A DNA stretch of 63,539 nt, filler included, from Octopus bimaculoides (Eukaryota): the NCBI RefSeq assembly GCF_001194135.2. It is 7 parts of 6 records of this genome, joined end to end, with 100 filler letters (N's around TTAATTAATTAA, not from the genome) between each part and the next. Parts side by side here need not be neighbours in the genome. Positions count along the whole stretch, not along the records: positions 28,467 to 41,548 come from NC_068998.1; positions 41,649 to 49,477 come from NC_068991.1; positions 49,578 to 55,073 come from NC_068986.1; 4 more parts are not named here. One strand, written 5' to 3'. Below the pieces are notes generated by a model. The model ran no database searches. It was not told where the DNA came from and saw nothing but the letters and a program-made list of their open reading frames with translations. Positions 40,061 through 52,700 of this stretch are shown piece by piece. Position 1 is the stretch's first letter; every line of letters starts with the position of its first letter. Made by a program: the position numbers and the translations under genes.

Positions 40061-40598
40061 GTTATTATTATTATTATTATTATTCAGTAGTTTTANNNNN
40101 NNNNNNNNNNNNNNNNNNNNNNNNNNNNNNNNNNNNNNNNNNNNNNNNNNNNNNNNNNNNNNNNNNNNNNNNNNNNNNNNNNNNNNNNNNNNNNNNNNNN
40201 NNNNNNNNNNNNNNNNNNNNNNNNNNNNNNNNNNNNNNNNNNNNNNNNNNNNNNNNNNNNNNNNNNNNNNNNNNNNNNNNNNNNNNNNNNNNNNNNNNNN
40301 NNNNNNNNNNNNNNNNNNNNNNNNNNNNNNNNNNNNNNNNNNNNNNNNNNNNNNNNNNNNNNNNNNNNNNNNNNNNNNNNNNNNNNNNNNNNNNNNNNNN
40401 NNNNNNNNNNNNNNNNNNNNNNNNNNNNNNNNNNNNNNNNNNNNNNNNNNNNNNNNNNNNNNNNNNNNNNNNNNNNNNNNNNNNNNNNNNNNNNNNNNNN
40501 NNNNNNNNNNNNNNNNNNNNNNNNNNNNNNNNNNNNNNNNNNNNNNNNNNNNNNNNNNNNNNNNNNNNNNNNNNNNNNNNNNNNNNNNNNNNNNNNNN

Positions 40599-40744
<146 letters not shown>

Positions 40745-40789
40745 CTTTAAGGCGGTGAACTGACAGAATTGCTAGTACACTGACAGTTG

Positions 40790-41260
40790 TGTTCGAACTT
40801 TGTGATATGCCATTTTTTGATGTTTCTGAATGAGGTGGTGTGGTTGTGTAGTCGTTTCTTGAAGGATCTTTTAGCCACTCTGATATACCGTGTTAGGTTG
40901 GTGTTCTACCTAGTTGACCTCTGTCTTATAAACGATGATCTCGGTGTTGCTACAGGATCTGTTCAGCAGTCACGCCGTAGGCTTATTGCATGGGCATCCA
41001 TCCCCGAGGTGGGGTGAGTAATACGAGATAATTAATTTCTTGTTAGAGGTAGCTCTGTCGGCGATTTTATCTATATCTATTGAACAATTTCTTGCATTTG
41101 TGTTCTTGTAAGAAATGCCAATCTATTAAAGCAAGATGTTACCCATATTAGAGCTAACATTGATGGTGCTAAGTCAAACCACTTTCCTGCGTTTCATTCT
41201 GAATTGCCTTAGCTCGGGGCATAGTCTTAGCATTGAATCCACTAGACTTAAGAGCACTAT
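40790..41260 (-). mobile_element. Penelope-like element GIY-YIG endonuclease remnant
   Basis: CNKPTA*LLNRSCSNTEIIVYKTEV, then RYIRVAKRSFKKRLHNHTTSFRN. This matches PLE CNC..CPL..C...IVYKA..YIG..FK.R..NH..SFR. Confidence 0.75.
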
Positions 41261-41491
41261 TTTAGGACGCCGGATGGTGATTTTTCTGTATCTGCGTTTT
41301 TAGGAGGTTATGAAATACCAGAGATTTATAAGATCCTATGTTAACATGAGTTTCCCTTTTTGTTTTCTCAAAAGGAAAATACATTACGTTTGGCTGATTT
41401 GTTAGTTTGCCTTTGGTTACTTGTTCTTCATACAAAAAGTGTTCATGGGAAATAAAATATTGGAAAATCAGCCGCTGCGTCAAGGTTTTCT

Positions 41492-41523
<32 letters not shown>

Positions 41524-41649
41524 AAGAAGAAGAAGAAGAAGAAGAAGANNNNNNNNNNNNNNNNNNNNNNNNNNNNNNNNNNNNNNNNNNNNTTAATTAA
41601 TTAANNNNNNNNNNNNNNNNNNNNNNNNNNNNNNNNNNNNNNNNNNNNA

Positions 41650-41870
41650 TATAGGGAGAATTCACAAAAAAAAACAAAAGACGAAGACAGGTGGTGTAGA
41701 CAACAAACAGATGTATTAGTATAACGCTCGGGAAGTGAAAAAGTCTTTACCGTTTCGAGCTTACGCTCTTCCACAGAAAGGAACACAGAAAGAAACAAGG
41801 AGAGAAAAAGAAAGGAATGTGTAGTGGCTAGCGATCTATCATGGCGAATGCCGGACAGAAGCGTCACACA
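41650..41870 (-). mobile_element. Penelope-type pseudo-LTR carrying a degenerate minimal hammerhead motif (41776-41748)
   Basis: Minus strand CTGTGGA-A-GAGC-GTAA-GCTC-GAAAC-GGTA has a perfect stem II with a GNRA loop followed by GAAAC. The core differs from CUGANGA. Confidence 0.6.
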
Positions 41871-42899
41871 TGAGAGCTAGGGAGAAGGCGAGATAATAAA
41901 GTAGTGGTGATCCCAAAACAAAGGTGCACGTGCCTGTGTACAAGAGAGTTTGTATGTGCGTGTGGAAGAGGGCTGGTGATCTTGCCGTGTGCGTGTGTGT
42001 ATGTGTAGATGTGGAAATGTGGGGCTGGGAATTGGTCAGTGCTAGTGTGTGCGTGGTGGTGAGTTGTGATGTAATGTGTTGTGTTTTGTGGTATGGTGGT
42101 CTATGGTGTAGTGGTGTGCGCTNNNNNNNNNNNNNNNNNNNNNNNNNNNNNNNNNNNNNNNNNNNNNNNNNNNNNNNNNNNNNNNNNNNNNNNNNNNNNN
42201 NNNNNNNNNNNNNNNNNNNNNNNNNNNNNNNNNNNNNNNNNNNNNNNNNNNNNNNNNNNNNNNNNNNNNNNNNNNNNNNNNNNNNNNNNNNNNNNNNNNN
42301 NNNNNNNNNNNNNNNNNNNNNNNNNNNNNNNNNNNNNNNNNNNNNNNNNNNNNNNNNNNNNNNNNNNNNNNNNNNNNNNNNNNNNNNNNNNNNNNNNNNN
42401 NNNNNNNNNNNNNNNNNNNNNNNNNNNNNNNNNNNNNNNNNNNNNNNNNNNNNNNNNNNNNNNNNNNNNNNNNNNNNNNNNNNNNNNNNNNNNNNNNNNN
42501 NNNNNNNNNNNNNNNNNNNNNNNNNNNNNNNNNNNNNNNNNNNNNNNNNNNNNNNNNNNNNNNNNNNNNNNNNNNNNNNNNNNNNNNNNNNNNNNNNNNN
42601 NNNNNNNNNNNNNNNNNNNNNNNNNNNNNNNNNNNNNNNNNNNNNNNNNNNNNNNNNNNNNNNNNNNNNNNNNNNNNNNNNNNNNNNNNNNNNNNNNNNN
42701 NNNNNNNNNNNNNNNNNNNNNNNNNNNNNNNNNNNNNNNNNNNNNNNNNNNNNNNNNNNNNNNNNNNNNNNNNNNNNNNNNNNCCCCCATCTCCAAAACA
42801 TTCGGGTCTTGTACATAGAATAGAAAAGAATATTTTTGCTTCAGCCCTAAGGGAAGTAAATCTAAGTTAGTCGTTGTGATTGTGTTGACGCTTCACCAC

Positions 42900-43310
42900 T
42901 ACCGTGACAACGAGCATCATTTCTTCTGTTCTTTATTTATAAATTTGGAAGCTGAGTCAAGGGAGAGGAGTCACAACTAGATGAAATCTCCAAGCTGTTT
43001 AAATGCACAAGTTCCCATTTCCAAATAGCAAAAAAGGGTCGGCAGAACGACATTCAAAACTCATGAGCTAGATGCATCCTGGCCCGCCCGGTGAGTAAGT
43101 TCAGGACCGAAGCACTTGTCTAGGGTGAGTTTTCTTTTCTGATGACCTGCTGTTCAGCTCTCTTGAGAGTTTCATACCACAGTCAAGGAGAATTAGCCTA
43201 GATATCAGATATACTTGCAGTGAAATAGTTAGATTTTCAGAAAGCAATTGCTTGTCTTCATATGGAGATCTATATTTTATACATACCTTCCTTTCAACCA
43301 TTCCATGTTT
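42900..43310 (-). mobile_element. Possible Penelope-like linker/endonuclease-proximal remnant
   Basis: VCIKYRSPYEDKQLLSENL..SLQ..LILLD..KLSRELNSR resembles the PLE segment upstream of GIY-YIG (YLRLPY.G....). Confidence 0.4.
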
Positions 43311-43699
43311 TTAGTCTGTCTTTGAAATTATCTTCAGTATTAATTCATAAGATTGTTGCTTGGCAATGTATTAAAATTGACATTGTATCTTTAAATATTT
43401 ATGCCAACTTCATAACATAATATTGTATTTATATTACGCTGCCTTGTGAAATAAGTTTAACAACGCACAGATGCTGATTATTTGACAGATATTCGGAGAA
43501 GATGCGTACGTATACACATCCACATATATATGGAGAGGCGTGTGGGGTGCCTAACTGAATATTGTACTTTTATACTAAGTTCATGCATAAACTGTGACGT
43601 TGTAATGTGTGTATGTGTAAGTATGTGTGTGTGTTCGTGTGTTTGTGTGTGTATGTAAAACGATTGTAGTGTTGAAGACATAAGTTATCTATTTAGTAG

Positions 43700-44400
43700 C
43701 GTTTGCGTTTCTTTGCTATTGAATGAAAGAAAATTGATATATCTCCTTCGGAAGATACATTTGACGTCTCTCTTCATGGAATAGATGTGGGTTAGAAGAA
43801 TGTTGTGTAGGCTGCGAGAGGGTGTCGAGTCTTTGGTGAAGGTTAGGGTAGAAGGAAGCGTAGTGTCAGCCAAGTAAAAGATCGGGGCATTGAAGTACAA
43901 ATATGATACAGAATATAAAAATGGAAGTAGTGGAGAAAAAATGAAGCAAAGAAAACACCATATTTGACAGAATACCAGTCACTATCATAATGGAATTTAG
44001 TAAAATCTCATTCAAATTGTGAAAGTGAAAAAGCAAGCAGTGGAACATAATTACAAGAAGGGGAGCTTAAGGGCGGGCAGTAGAATCTATAGGCAGACAA
44101 GCAAGACTGTAGGCAGGCAGTGGAGACTATAGACATGAAGTTTGGATGCTACATGCGGTCGAATTTTGGCTGCTGACGAAGACGAAAACATTCCTTTCAC
44201 CTAATGTCTGCAAGACAAGAGGCCACTGGTAATAACATAAGGGAGTAAGTCACAAATGGTTGTTAAGAAGATGGATATTCAGGTGTTTGGGGGACATAGT
44301 TCGTAATGGGTGTCTTCGTTACATTAAAGGTACTGGAATTGAATGTAATTGGGCAAAAATAAGCAGGATCAGCGGGATTGTTTTAAAAAAATGAAAATAA
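43700..44400 (+). mobile_element. RTE-clade LINE reverse transcriptase remnant
   Basis: EDTFD...GVESLVKVRVEG (43760-43860) and FRCLGDIVRNG...NWAKISRISGI (44278-44385) match RTE EKAFD..KVRV and FxYLG..I..AW.KF motifs. Confidence 0.6.
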
Positions 44401-44738
44401 ATATATGTAGACTGGGACAGATTAAAAAGTGGTAGGGATTGGAACTCACAAACAGGAACGAAATAAAACTCTGTGAAGCAAGTTGAGAAGATTTAATAAT
44501 AGTACCACTCAACACTCGAGAAATATTGAAATTATCATTATTATCATTATTAATACTATCATTTTTGTTCTTGTTGTTTCTGTAGTTTTATTAATAAGAA
44601 TGATAATGATTATCAATATATATATATATATATGTGTATATATACATACATCCATACATACATATATGTATTCGTAATATATATACATATTTATATATGT
44701 GCGTGTGTGTGTAATGAATATATGCAGATATATACGTA

Positions 44739-44794
<56 letters not shown>

Positions 44795-45467
44795 GAAGTT
44801 CAAATTAGCAGAGAAATCATGTTTATTGATAGAGCACCACAAATAAATGTACAATGATTCTTTCTTTATCATAATACCAAAAACAACAACAACAACAACA
44901 CCAGCAACAATAGCAACAACTACAACATCATCAACACATAAGATACAGAGTTAACTGCAACCAAATGAACGCAGATAAGAAATCTGATAAATACAATATG
45001 GTGTGCATAAACTCAGCTGATAACCTACACGTATAGGTTTCATATAAAACCTTAATCTTTATGCCAATTCAGACTATAATCGAATCGAACAGTTAAATGC
45101 CTGGGGAGACAGCCGTGAACCATTATAGTAACATGCCAAAATTATCTATTGATATAAATATTTAATTTCTGACATTGATATGTGGCAACCAACTCGTAAT
45201 TTGTAGAATTTTGGTAGTGTGGGGCGTGCAGGAGGTAGGGATAGTAGTGTTCTCTTTTTTTTTTTTTGATGATTTAATTGACCCTAATAATTGCTTGGTA
45301 TTTATTTAATCGATTCTTGTTGTCTACTGGGGTGATGAAAGGTGATTTTGACCTTGACAAGATTTGAACATGGATGCATTGTACTACGGAATATAATTTG
45401 AAGAATGTATCAACTCCGGTTCACGACTACATTATATGTGTGGTCTTTGTCTATGTGCATAGTTAGA

Positions 45468-45501
<34 letters not shown>

Positions 45502-45579
45502 GTATATATATCCCTTATCTTTTATTTTTTACTTGTTTCAGGCATTAGACTGCGGCCATGCTAGGGTGACGCTTTAAAT

Positions 45580-45740
45580 TATCAGGTGATGATATTGCCA
45601 ACTGATGAAATAATTAGCCAACAAATATAGCTGATGATGTTAATACCAGGTGATGAAATAGCCTAGTGATGAAATTGCTTGGCGGTGAAATGGCCAGTCG
45701 AGGAAATAACTTGGCGCCGAAATTGCCAGGCAAAGAATTT
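45580..45740. repeat. Degenerate about 16-bp tandem array (GTGATGAAATAGCCTA-like)
   Basis: Successive units: GTGATGAAATAGCCTA, GTGATGAAATTGCTTG, GCGGTGAAATGGCCAG, TCGAGGAAATAACTTG, GCGCCGAAATTGCCAG. Confidence 0.75.
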
Positions 45741-45834
45741 TGAAGCAATCCATCCATCGTGTTTACTTTTTCACGATAAACAGTGAAACTATCGTAAGTT
45801 ACTTTGTCCGCTCGACCTTCTTACGATTCTTCTG

Positions 45835-47104
45835 TAGGGTTGGCAACTAAGTTCCCACCGTTTTTTTAAAATTAAAATTTTTAAAAGGTTTAATAAAAAA
45901 ATAACAATTGATTAATCAATAATGTATTCACCTTTGTTGTTTACAACTTCTTCCCAACGTTCAGCAAGATTTTCAATCCCTCGTTAGTAGAAATCACCCG
46001 ATTTCGACTCGAAAAATTGATCCAACCAAGCTCCCAATTCTGCATCAGTATTGAATGAAACTCCGCGCATAGCATTTGAAAGGGATCGAAAGAGGTGGAA
46101 ATCCGTAGGTGCCAAATCAGCAAAGTATGGCGGGTGTGGCAGCACTACCCAGCCATGCATTTGAATGGCTTCCTTGGTCATATTGGCGACATGAGGGCGG
46201 GCGTTGTCGTGCAGCAGAAGAACTCCATACTGCCGATTAGGTCTTTTCTCTTGAATAGCTGTGTTGAGTCGTTCCATCTGTTGAACATAGAGTTCCGCGT
46301 TGACTGTTTGGTTCCGTTCAAGCAATTCGTAATGGATAATCCCTTCCCACTCCCACCATACGCACAACATCGTTTTACGCGGATGAAGATCTTGTTTCAC
46401 GCGCGGTATCGCTTGTTTACCGTGGTTTAGCCATGTTTCGTCGCCAGTAACGATTCAGTAAAGAAATCGTTGCTTGTGTCCAAGAGTTGAGCGGTGAAGA
46501 ACAAGCAAACCAGCGGAGATTGTGGTTCATTGATTTTTGTTGTTGTCACTTAAAGCATGCATAACTCATGCTCCATACTTCTGAACATTTCCCATCGATT
46601 GAACATGCTTCTCTATAGCACTGTGGGATCATTCCATTTTCTCTACCAGTTCCCTTGTCGTTTGACGAGAATTTTCGTGCAAAAGTTGGTTTAATCACTC
46701 TTCATCGAACTCAACTGGACGGCCAGAACGAGGTGCGTCTTTGAGGTCAAACTTTCCATTTTTGAACTCGGCATACCAATCACGAGCGGTTCTTTAAGCT
46801 ATGGCACCCTCTCCGTACACAGCACAAATGTCGCGAGTAAGTTTTGCAGCCTTAGAACCTTGATTAAAAGCATAAAGAAGGATATGTCGAAAATGCACTT
46901 TTTTCTTAACTTGACATTCCATTTTAATGATCTGAAAATAAGCAAAAAATATCTAAAATTAACTAGGAAAAAAAAAAAAGACAATTGATTCCAAAATGAT
47001 TCAAAAATAGAATTCTGGAAAAAAAAATAGATCCCAAAATTTAAAAACACAATAAATTCCGAAATTTAAAAAAAAACGGTGGGAACTTAGTTGCCAACCC
47101 AATA
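45835..47104 (-). mobile_element. Full-length mariner transposon (D34D; TIR resembles the mellifera subfamily), about 1.27 kb
   Basis: Perfect inverted repeats GGGTTGGCAACTAAGTTCCCACCGTTTTTTT at 45837-45867 and 47070-47100. TA at 45835-45836 and 47103-47104. Transposase lies inside. Confidence 0.97.
45912..46922 (-). pseudogene. Mariner transposase, inactivated
   Basis: MECQVKKKVHFRHILL...SGRP (HTH), IVTGDETW, LHPRKTMLCVWW, HDNARPH-(D34D)-APTDFHLF, ending EYIID*. Several premature stops (e.g. 45984-45986) and an apparent deletion after DETW. Confidence 0.95.
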
Positions 47105-47370
47105 TGTAAGCTTTTCCAGTATTTTAATGGTTACACGTTTCATTGCCACCAGAACAACGATAGGTAAAGTTCCATCGGTGACATTTGAAATCTTGTCTGA
47201 AACATACATGATTCCGTACCATCCAGTTTCATATTTGATGTTCTACCGATTCTGCCTATTCAGTAACTTGATCTGTAAGTGATATTCTGCTGATCAGACT
47301 TTCGACTGTCTACAATATCCAAAGTGTTCAATGTACCAATAAAGTGAAATATTAAGCGGAAATTCCATTG
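47105..47370 (-). pseudogene. Possible rhodopsin-family GPCR TM4-TM5 relic, continuing at 45834-45750 across the mariner
   Basis: EFPLNISLYWYIEHFGYC...YETGWYGIMYV...LPIVVLVAMKRVTIKILEKLTY. Removing the mariner and one TA gives in-frame YRRIVRRSSG. Two internal stops. Confidence 0.35.
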
Positions 47371-47545
47371 TTTAAGTGACATCTATTATTGAAGAGGCTT
47401 CGTCTTTTATGATCATCATCTTAATAATTTAGGTGTATTTACGTGAGATAATTTTGTCGGGTATGTTTAAGTGTATGTGAATGTGAGTGTGTGGGTTTGA
47501 CTGTGGGACGTGCATATGTGCGTGAGAGAGAGAAAGAGAGAGTGA

Positions 47546-47589
<44 letters not shown>

Positions 47590-47953
47590 CTTTGTGTCCC
47601 TCGGTTTCTCTTATGCAGACAGATTTAAGAGAGCTTTCAGATAGATCGCAGACATAGATTCAGATATGCAAGTGACCATTCATAAATATGAGGTACATGC
47701 ACATACGCACACACACTAACACAGGAACACACTAACACATACACACACACACGCACATAAATACAAGCACAAGCGTGCACATACTAATACAAACATACAT
47801 ACGTACACAGAAATATATGATATATCTATGAGCAATATATATGAGTGCATACGAATGTGTATGTGTGAACCTATGCATAATGTGCTGCTGTGTATATGGG
47901 TATACATGTGTGAGTGTGCGGGGTGTGCATGCGTACGCATGTGTGCATGTGAT

Positions 47954-47993
<40 letters not shown>

Positions 47994-48522
47994 GGGGTGG
48001 GGGAGCGAGACATACAGACAGACGGGCGGAGAGAGGAAAGGAAACGTCGGTGTGTGTGTGTATGCAATTATATTAGCAGCTTTATAAATGGACGCCAATT
48101 TCAGTATCCTGTCGCACAATCTTCATCAATAACAGATCAATATTTAATTAACCTTGAACACATAAATTTAATATCATCAATCTATCAAGATTATGCTTTG
48201 GTTAAATTTTCATATTAGATTTCCACACTTTTAATTTCTGTATCTTCATTGGACTTTCGTCCGCGTTAATTTTCGAAGGAATCTCTTCCAAATTCTACCG
48301 AGTTTAGAGAAATTCTGATCGCTACTGAATCTACAACGTACATACATCGTCAACGTCATTATTATCATCATCATTGTCACCGTCATCGTCGTCGTTATCG
48401 TCATCGTAGTTGTTGTTGTTGTTGTTGTTGCCTTTGTCATCGTCATCATCATTGTTGTCGTCATTACCTTCAGCAGTAGCGCCATCATATCGTTGTCGTC
48501 GTCGTCGTCATCATCATCATCG

Positions 48523-48553
<31 letters not shown>

Positions 48554-48804
48554 TACCGTCTTGAGCACTGCGACTGGGACGACTGATTACTCGTTTTACA
48601 TGGTGCACAAGTGATCGTGATGACAACACCGCCTCTGAAAGGGAGGCTGGTCCGTCACAGGTTTACATAGTTACAGTCGAATGCAAAGGAGCAACATGAA
48701 ATGATCGCTCTTGTTCAAAAACACAACGCATCACCCAGTCCGGAATTGAACTTGCAATGTCACTCTAACCACTCCGTTCTGTCCGTACCTGGAAGGTACT
48801 GACG

Positions 48805-49088
48805 TACAAATGTCGGATGAGAGTTCAATATTTAAGAATTCAGGAGTAAACTGATAGATAAATAGGTAGATAAAATAAATATACACACATCCTGATAAGG
48901 GAGCATTTTGTTTCTGTATATGGAATACTTAAAACGCCATTTATACATTTATTGTACCTCTGAAACGGCCGTAGATGATAATCCTTGACAAGAATTCACC
49001 CGAATCTGTATATTTATTTTATCAACCTATTTATCTACCTATTTACTCCTGAATTTTTAAATTTCGAACTTTCATCAGACATTTCGTA
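48805..49088. mobile_element. 280-bp MITE with about 80-bp terminal inverted repeats and TA flanks (Tc1/mariner-like)
   Basis: 48807-48885 is the imperfect reverse complement of 49007-49086. TA at 48805-48806 and 49087-49088. Confidence 0.8.
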
Positions 49089-49432
49089 TAGACATCAATT
49101 TTTTAATCGATTTGAACACTTCTTACCTTACTTTAGATTTTTGCCTCTTCAGCTGTCACTTCTCCATTCGGTACCTGAACCCAACCGACATGATGCATAG
49201 TTTTCACATATGACTTTTACATGTAATTTTGTTCACTAGATTATAAATTTATATGTATATTTATTTCGTTGTGTGTTTAAAATTATGCTTTAGAATTTGT
49301 ATTGGTTGCCTGGATGTCTTCCTTCTATAATTTCCCTTATCCTTCAATTTAGCTCACAATGAGCACTTCTTAATACAGTTCATATATTGTGAAGTATACT
49401 TAAAAATATACTTTATAAGAAAATTTAACTTT

Positions 49433-49477
<45 letters not shown>

Positions 49478-49577
49478 NNNNNNNNNNNNNNNNNNNNNNN
49501 NNNNNNNNNNNNNNNNNNNNNTTAATTAATTAANNNNNNNNNNNNNNNNNNNNNNNNNNNNNNNNNNNNNNNNNNNN

Positions 49578-49941
49578 TCTTCAGGTCGAGTAGCCCATCC
49601 CGCTCAAAAGGTCCCTGAATAAGGTTTGTTTAAGGATGTTGAGCAAAGCACCGATGTTTCCAAAGGTGAATTATTCAAACCCCAAAGAATTCTTCTCAAC
49701 ACATGGCTATGATACTCCCCTACTACTTCTGCTCGTGATCAGAGATCCACATATCATCAGCCACCAAGGGACATGCTCAACTGGTTAAGGTCAAACAACT
49801 GACAAGCAAATCTGTGGTATTGAGCAGAATATTTGCTGTAGCCCATCTTTTTATACCAAGACAAAACAATGTACATGATAACACTTCCAATCAGTCCAGA
49901 TCAGAAGCCATGTGAGCCACTGCCTGGTACTGCATCCGAGC

Positions 49942-49945
<4 letters not shown>
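49578..49945. repeat. Interspersed repeat recalled from octopus genomic sequence; class unknown
   Basis: Recognition only. Single copy in this window, truncated by a gap. Confidence 0.35.
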
Positions 49946-49985
<40 letters not shown>

Positions 49986-49986
<1 letters not shown>

Positions 49987-50165
49987 GCGAGCTGGCAGAA
50001 TCGTGAGCACACCGGACAAAATACTTAGCGAATTTTCTTCCGAATGTACGTTCTAAGTTCGAATCCGTTGAGGTCGACTTTGCCTTTGATCCTAGAACTA
50101 GGTGAAGAATGCGGTCGATATAATTGACTAGCCCCTTTGAGGCCTTGTGCCTATAGCAGAAATAA
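49986..50165 (+). mobile_element. SINE family A
   Basis: GCGAGCTGGCAGAATCG...GTTCTAAGTTCGAATCC...GGTCGACTTTGCCTTT...GGCCTTGTGCCTATAG. Confidence 0.85.
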
Positions 50166-50426
50166 TTGTTGTTGTTCTTGTACTTTCTGTAGTGGCCAGA
50201 AGGATTAGAAAATCATTTAGGATAATAAAACGACAAAATCTGGAGCTTTACATATACACGTGTAAGCAACAACAAAAATTTCAATAAACTGTGAAACGGA
50301 TACCAACAAACCTCCCTAATGGCAGGGTGCACCAACCACCCAGAGGCAACCGAGGAATCCTACCGAACCTGAATCACCTCGGCTACCATGATGATGACGA
50401 TCATGACGATCATGACAATGATGACA

Positions 50427-50487
<61 letters not shown>

Positions 50488-51910
50488 GAATGAGGATGAG
50501 GATGACGACAATAATAATAATTATAATAATAATAACTAACGATGGTGTAGATTAAGTGTATACAGGTAGAGTGCAAGTTGAAATTGAAAACACTTGAAGG
50601 AAGCAAACAAACAAAAATTTACAAACAACAAGAATCGTAGAAGAAAGAACAATTATCATTCGTCGTAGTACCTGAAAAGACAACTTACCAATTTCTAGCT
50701 TTAGGTGTTAAAACTAAACTCACGCTTTATTAAATTAAATGGAGGGTAGTGAGAGCAGAGGAGAGAAGAGAATAATAGGAGTTAACAAAATTAACCAAAA
50801 AAAAAACGTAATTATTGATACACTCAGCTAATAAATGAAATTTCGATCTCTCAAGTCAGTACAATAGCTGAAAGAAAAAGTTCTGATTGTTTTAACTGCG
50901 GCTTTCTATACTCTTCAATAAATGAACGGCCGTTGAAAATGGGCCTTCAAGCCGTTTCTTTCTTTTTCTGCTATTTTTCTTTATATATATTTTTATAATT
51001 TTTAAAGTTTGTTTATTCCTCTCTTCATACATGCATCTGTGTATATCCGCGTGAAAGTACGTGTGCGATTGTCTGTGTTTTTTTCATTCTGTTCATAAAT
51101 ATACATATGTGTGTCTATGCTTGTATGTATGTTTGTATGTATGTACTATTTTGTCTGTTTCTCTCTTTTAATTGCTAAGCAGTTAGTTTACGTAATGAAT
51201 CTGGTCTAAAACAAATCGAAGCAATCCACTAGCTTGCAGAAAATTTCATTAGGCGTTTCCTAACACGCAAAAGGAAAACAAATTTATCTTTTAAATGAGT
51301 AGAAAGAGAAGAGAAAGATACAGATATTTCAATGAAATAACTTGATTAGAACATAACAGAACCTTTTAAAAGTTTTCTAACCGAAAATTCTAACGATTAT
51401 CGCCATCATCGCTGCAAACATTGCTATCGCTACCGACACAACCGCCGTCATTTTTCTTTAAAAGGTATTCTTTGATTGGTGGCGATGGCAAACCCGTCTG
51501 GTTTCAATAAGAATAAGTCACTGATTCGTTTAATCAGCGATGGTAAAATTAAATAAATAAACAAACAAATAAACAGAAGGTAAAAATACTAAATAAACAT
51601 CGTTTGAAAAAGTATAAGAAAAATTAGAAATTAGGAATTGTTGTTTTGTGTGGAAAAATCAAAAACCAAACGAAAAATTGAAAATGAAAGGAAACTTCAA
51701 CGAATTCAATAATAACAATAATAATAGAAATGGTAATAATAAAACAGAAAAAACAACAAAAACTACCAGCGTCAACAACAACAACAGTTTTAGAAACTAT
51801 ATTAACAACGGTACCATGTAGAATAATGGTACTCAGAATAATACTAAGAATGCTATTGATAACAAAAGATGAATTCTAAAAATAATAGTGGTAACAACAA
51901 CAACAACAAC

Positions 51911-51984
<74 letters not shown>

Positions 51985-52299
51985 TGATGATGATGATGAT
52001 AATAATAACGATAAGAATAGCAATAACACTAATAGTTGCGCTTTTCGTGCTGATAGAAGTTTTAAAAAATTAGGGAAAANNNNNNNNNNNNNNNNNNNNN
52101 NNNNNNNNNNNNNNNNNNNNNNNNNNNNNNNNNNNNNNNNNNNNNNNNNNNNNNNNNNNNNNNNNNNNNNNNNNNNNNNACATGACAGAAGTAAATAGAC
52201 ACCCATACAACATCGTTTCATGTTTATTCCAAATCGTAAAGGTTTGTATTTTTTTATTAATTGACATTTTTATGTTTCAGGTTCTATACGAACAAAGCC

Positions 52300-52700
52300 A
52301 TTGCTAGAAATAATCACTGAAATGAGTATGCAATGTGTGGCCTTTGTATGCTCTTAAGCCCGGCCAAAGATTTTCACACTCTGGCAGAAGAAACAGGTGC
52401 GACAGTATGAAGTCTTTTGACATGCCTTTTCCTCCAACTGAAAGGCACACCTTTCCACAAGTTGCACTTGTTCTGTTGTGAAAAACAGCCGTATCACAAT
52501 TTCCAAGGGATGATTCCTGTGAGTTTACTGATGGCTGACCAGGCCTGCATGACTCAAGCATTTCCTCCCTCAAATCACGTACATAAAAAGCAATACTCCT
52601 TCATTTTCCGCAGGTCCATTCTTTCTAAGCCTTTTCTTGATCCGCTCGTGCTTCATTCGTTCTCTTTTAAACTTCGAAAAACCACTGTGCATTCTTTTCT
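52300..52700 (-). mobile_element. RTE-clade LINE C-terminal remnant with zinc-finger-like tail
   Basis: GFSKFKRERMKHERIKKRLRK followed by SATCGKVCLSVGG and PECENLWPGLRAYKGH. This is the RTE pattern G..FE..R...KR..RK...CxxCGK.C.S..GL. Confidence 0.6.

Noticed and set aside
49050-49080. Minus-strand CTGATGA-AAGTTC-GAAA as a hammerhead
   Set aside because: No stem II or stem I is possible, and it is part of the MITE inverted repeat.
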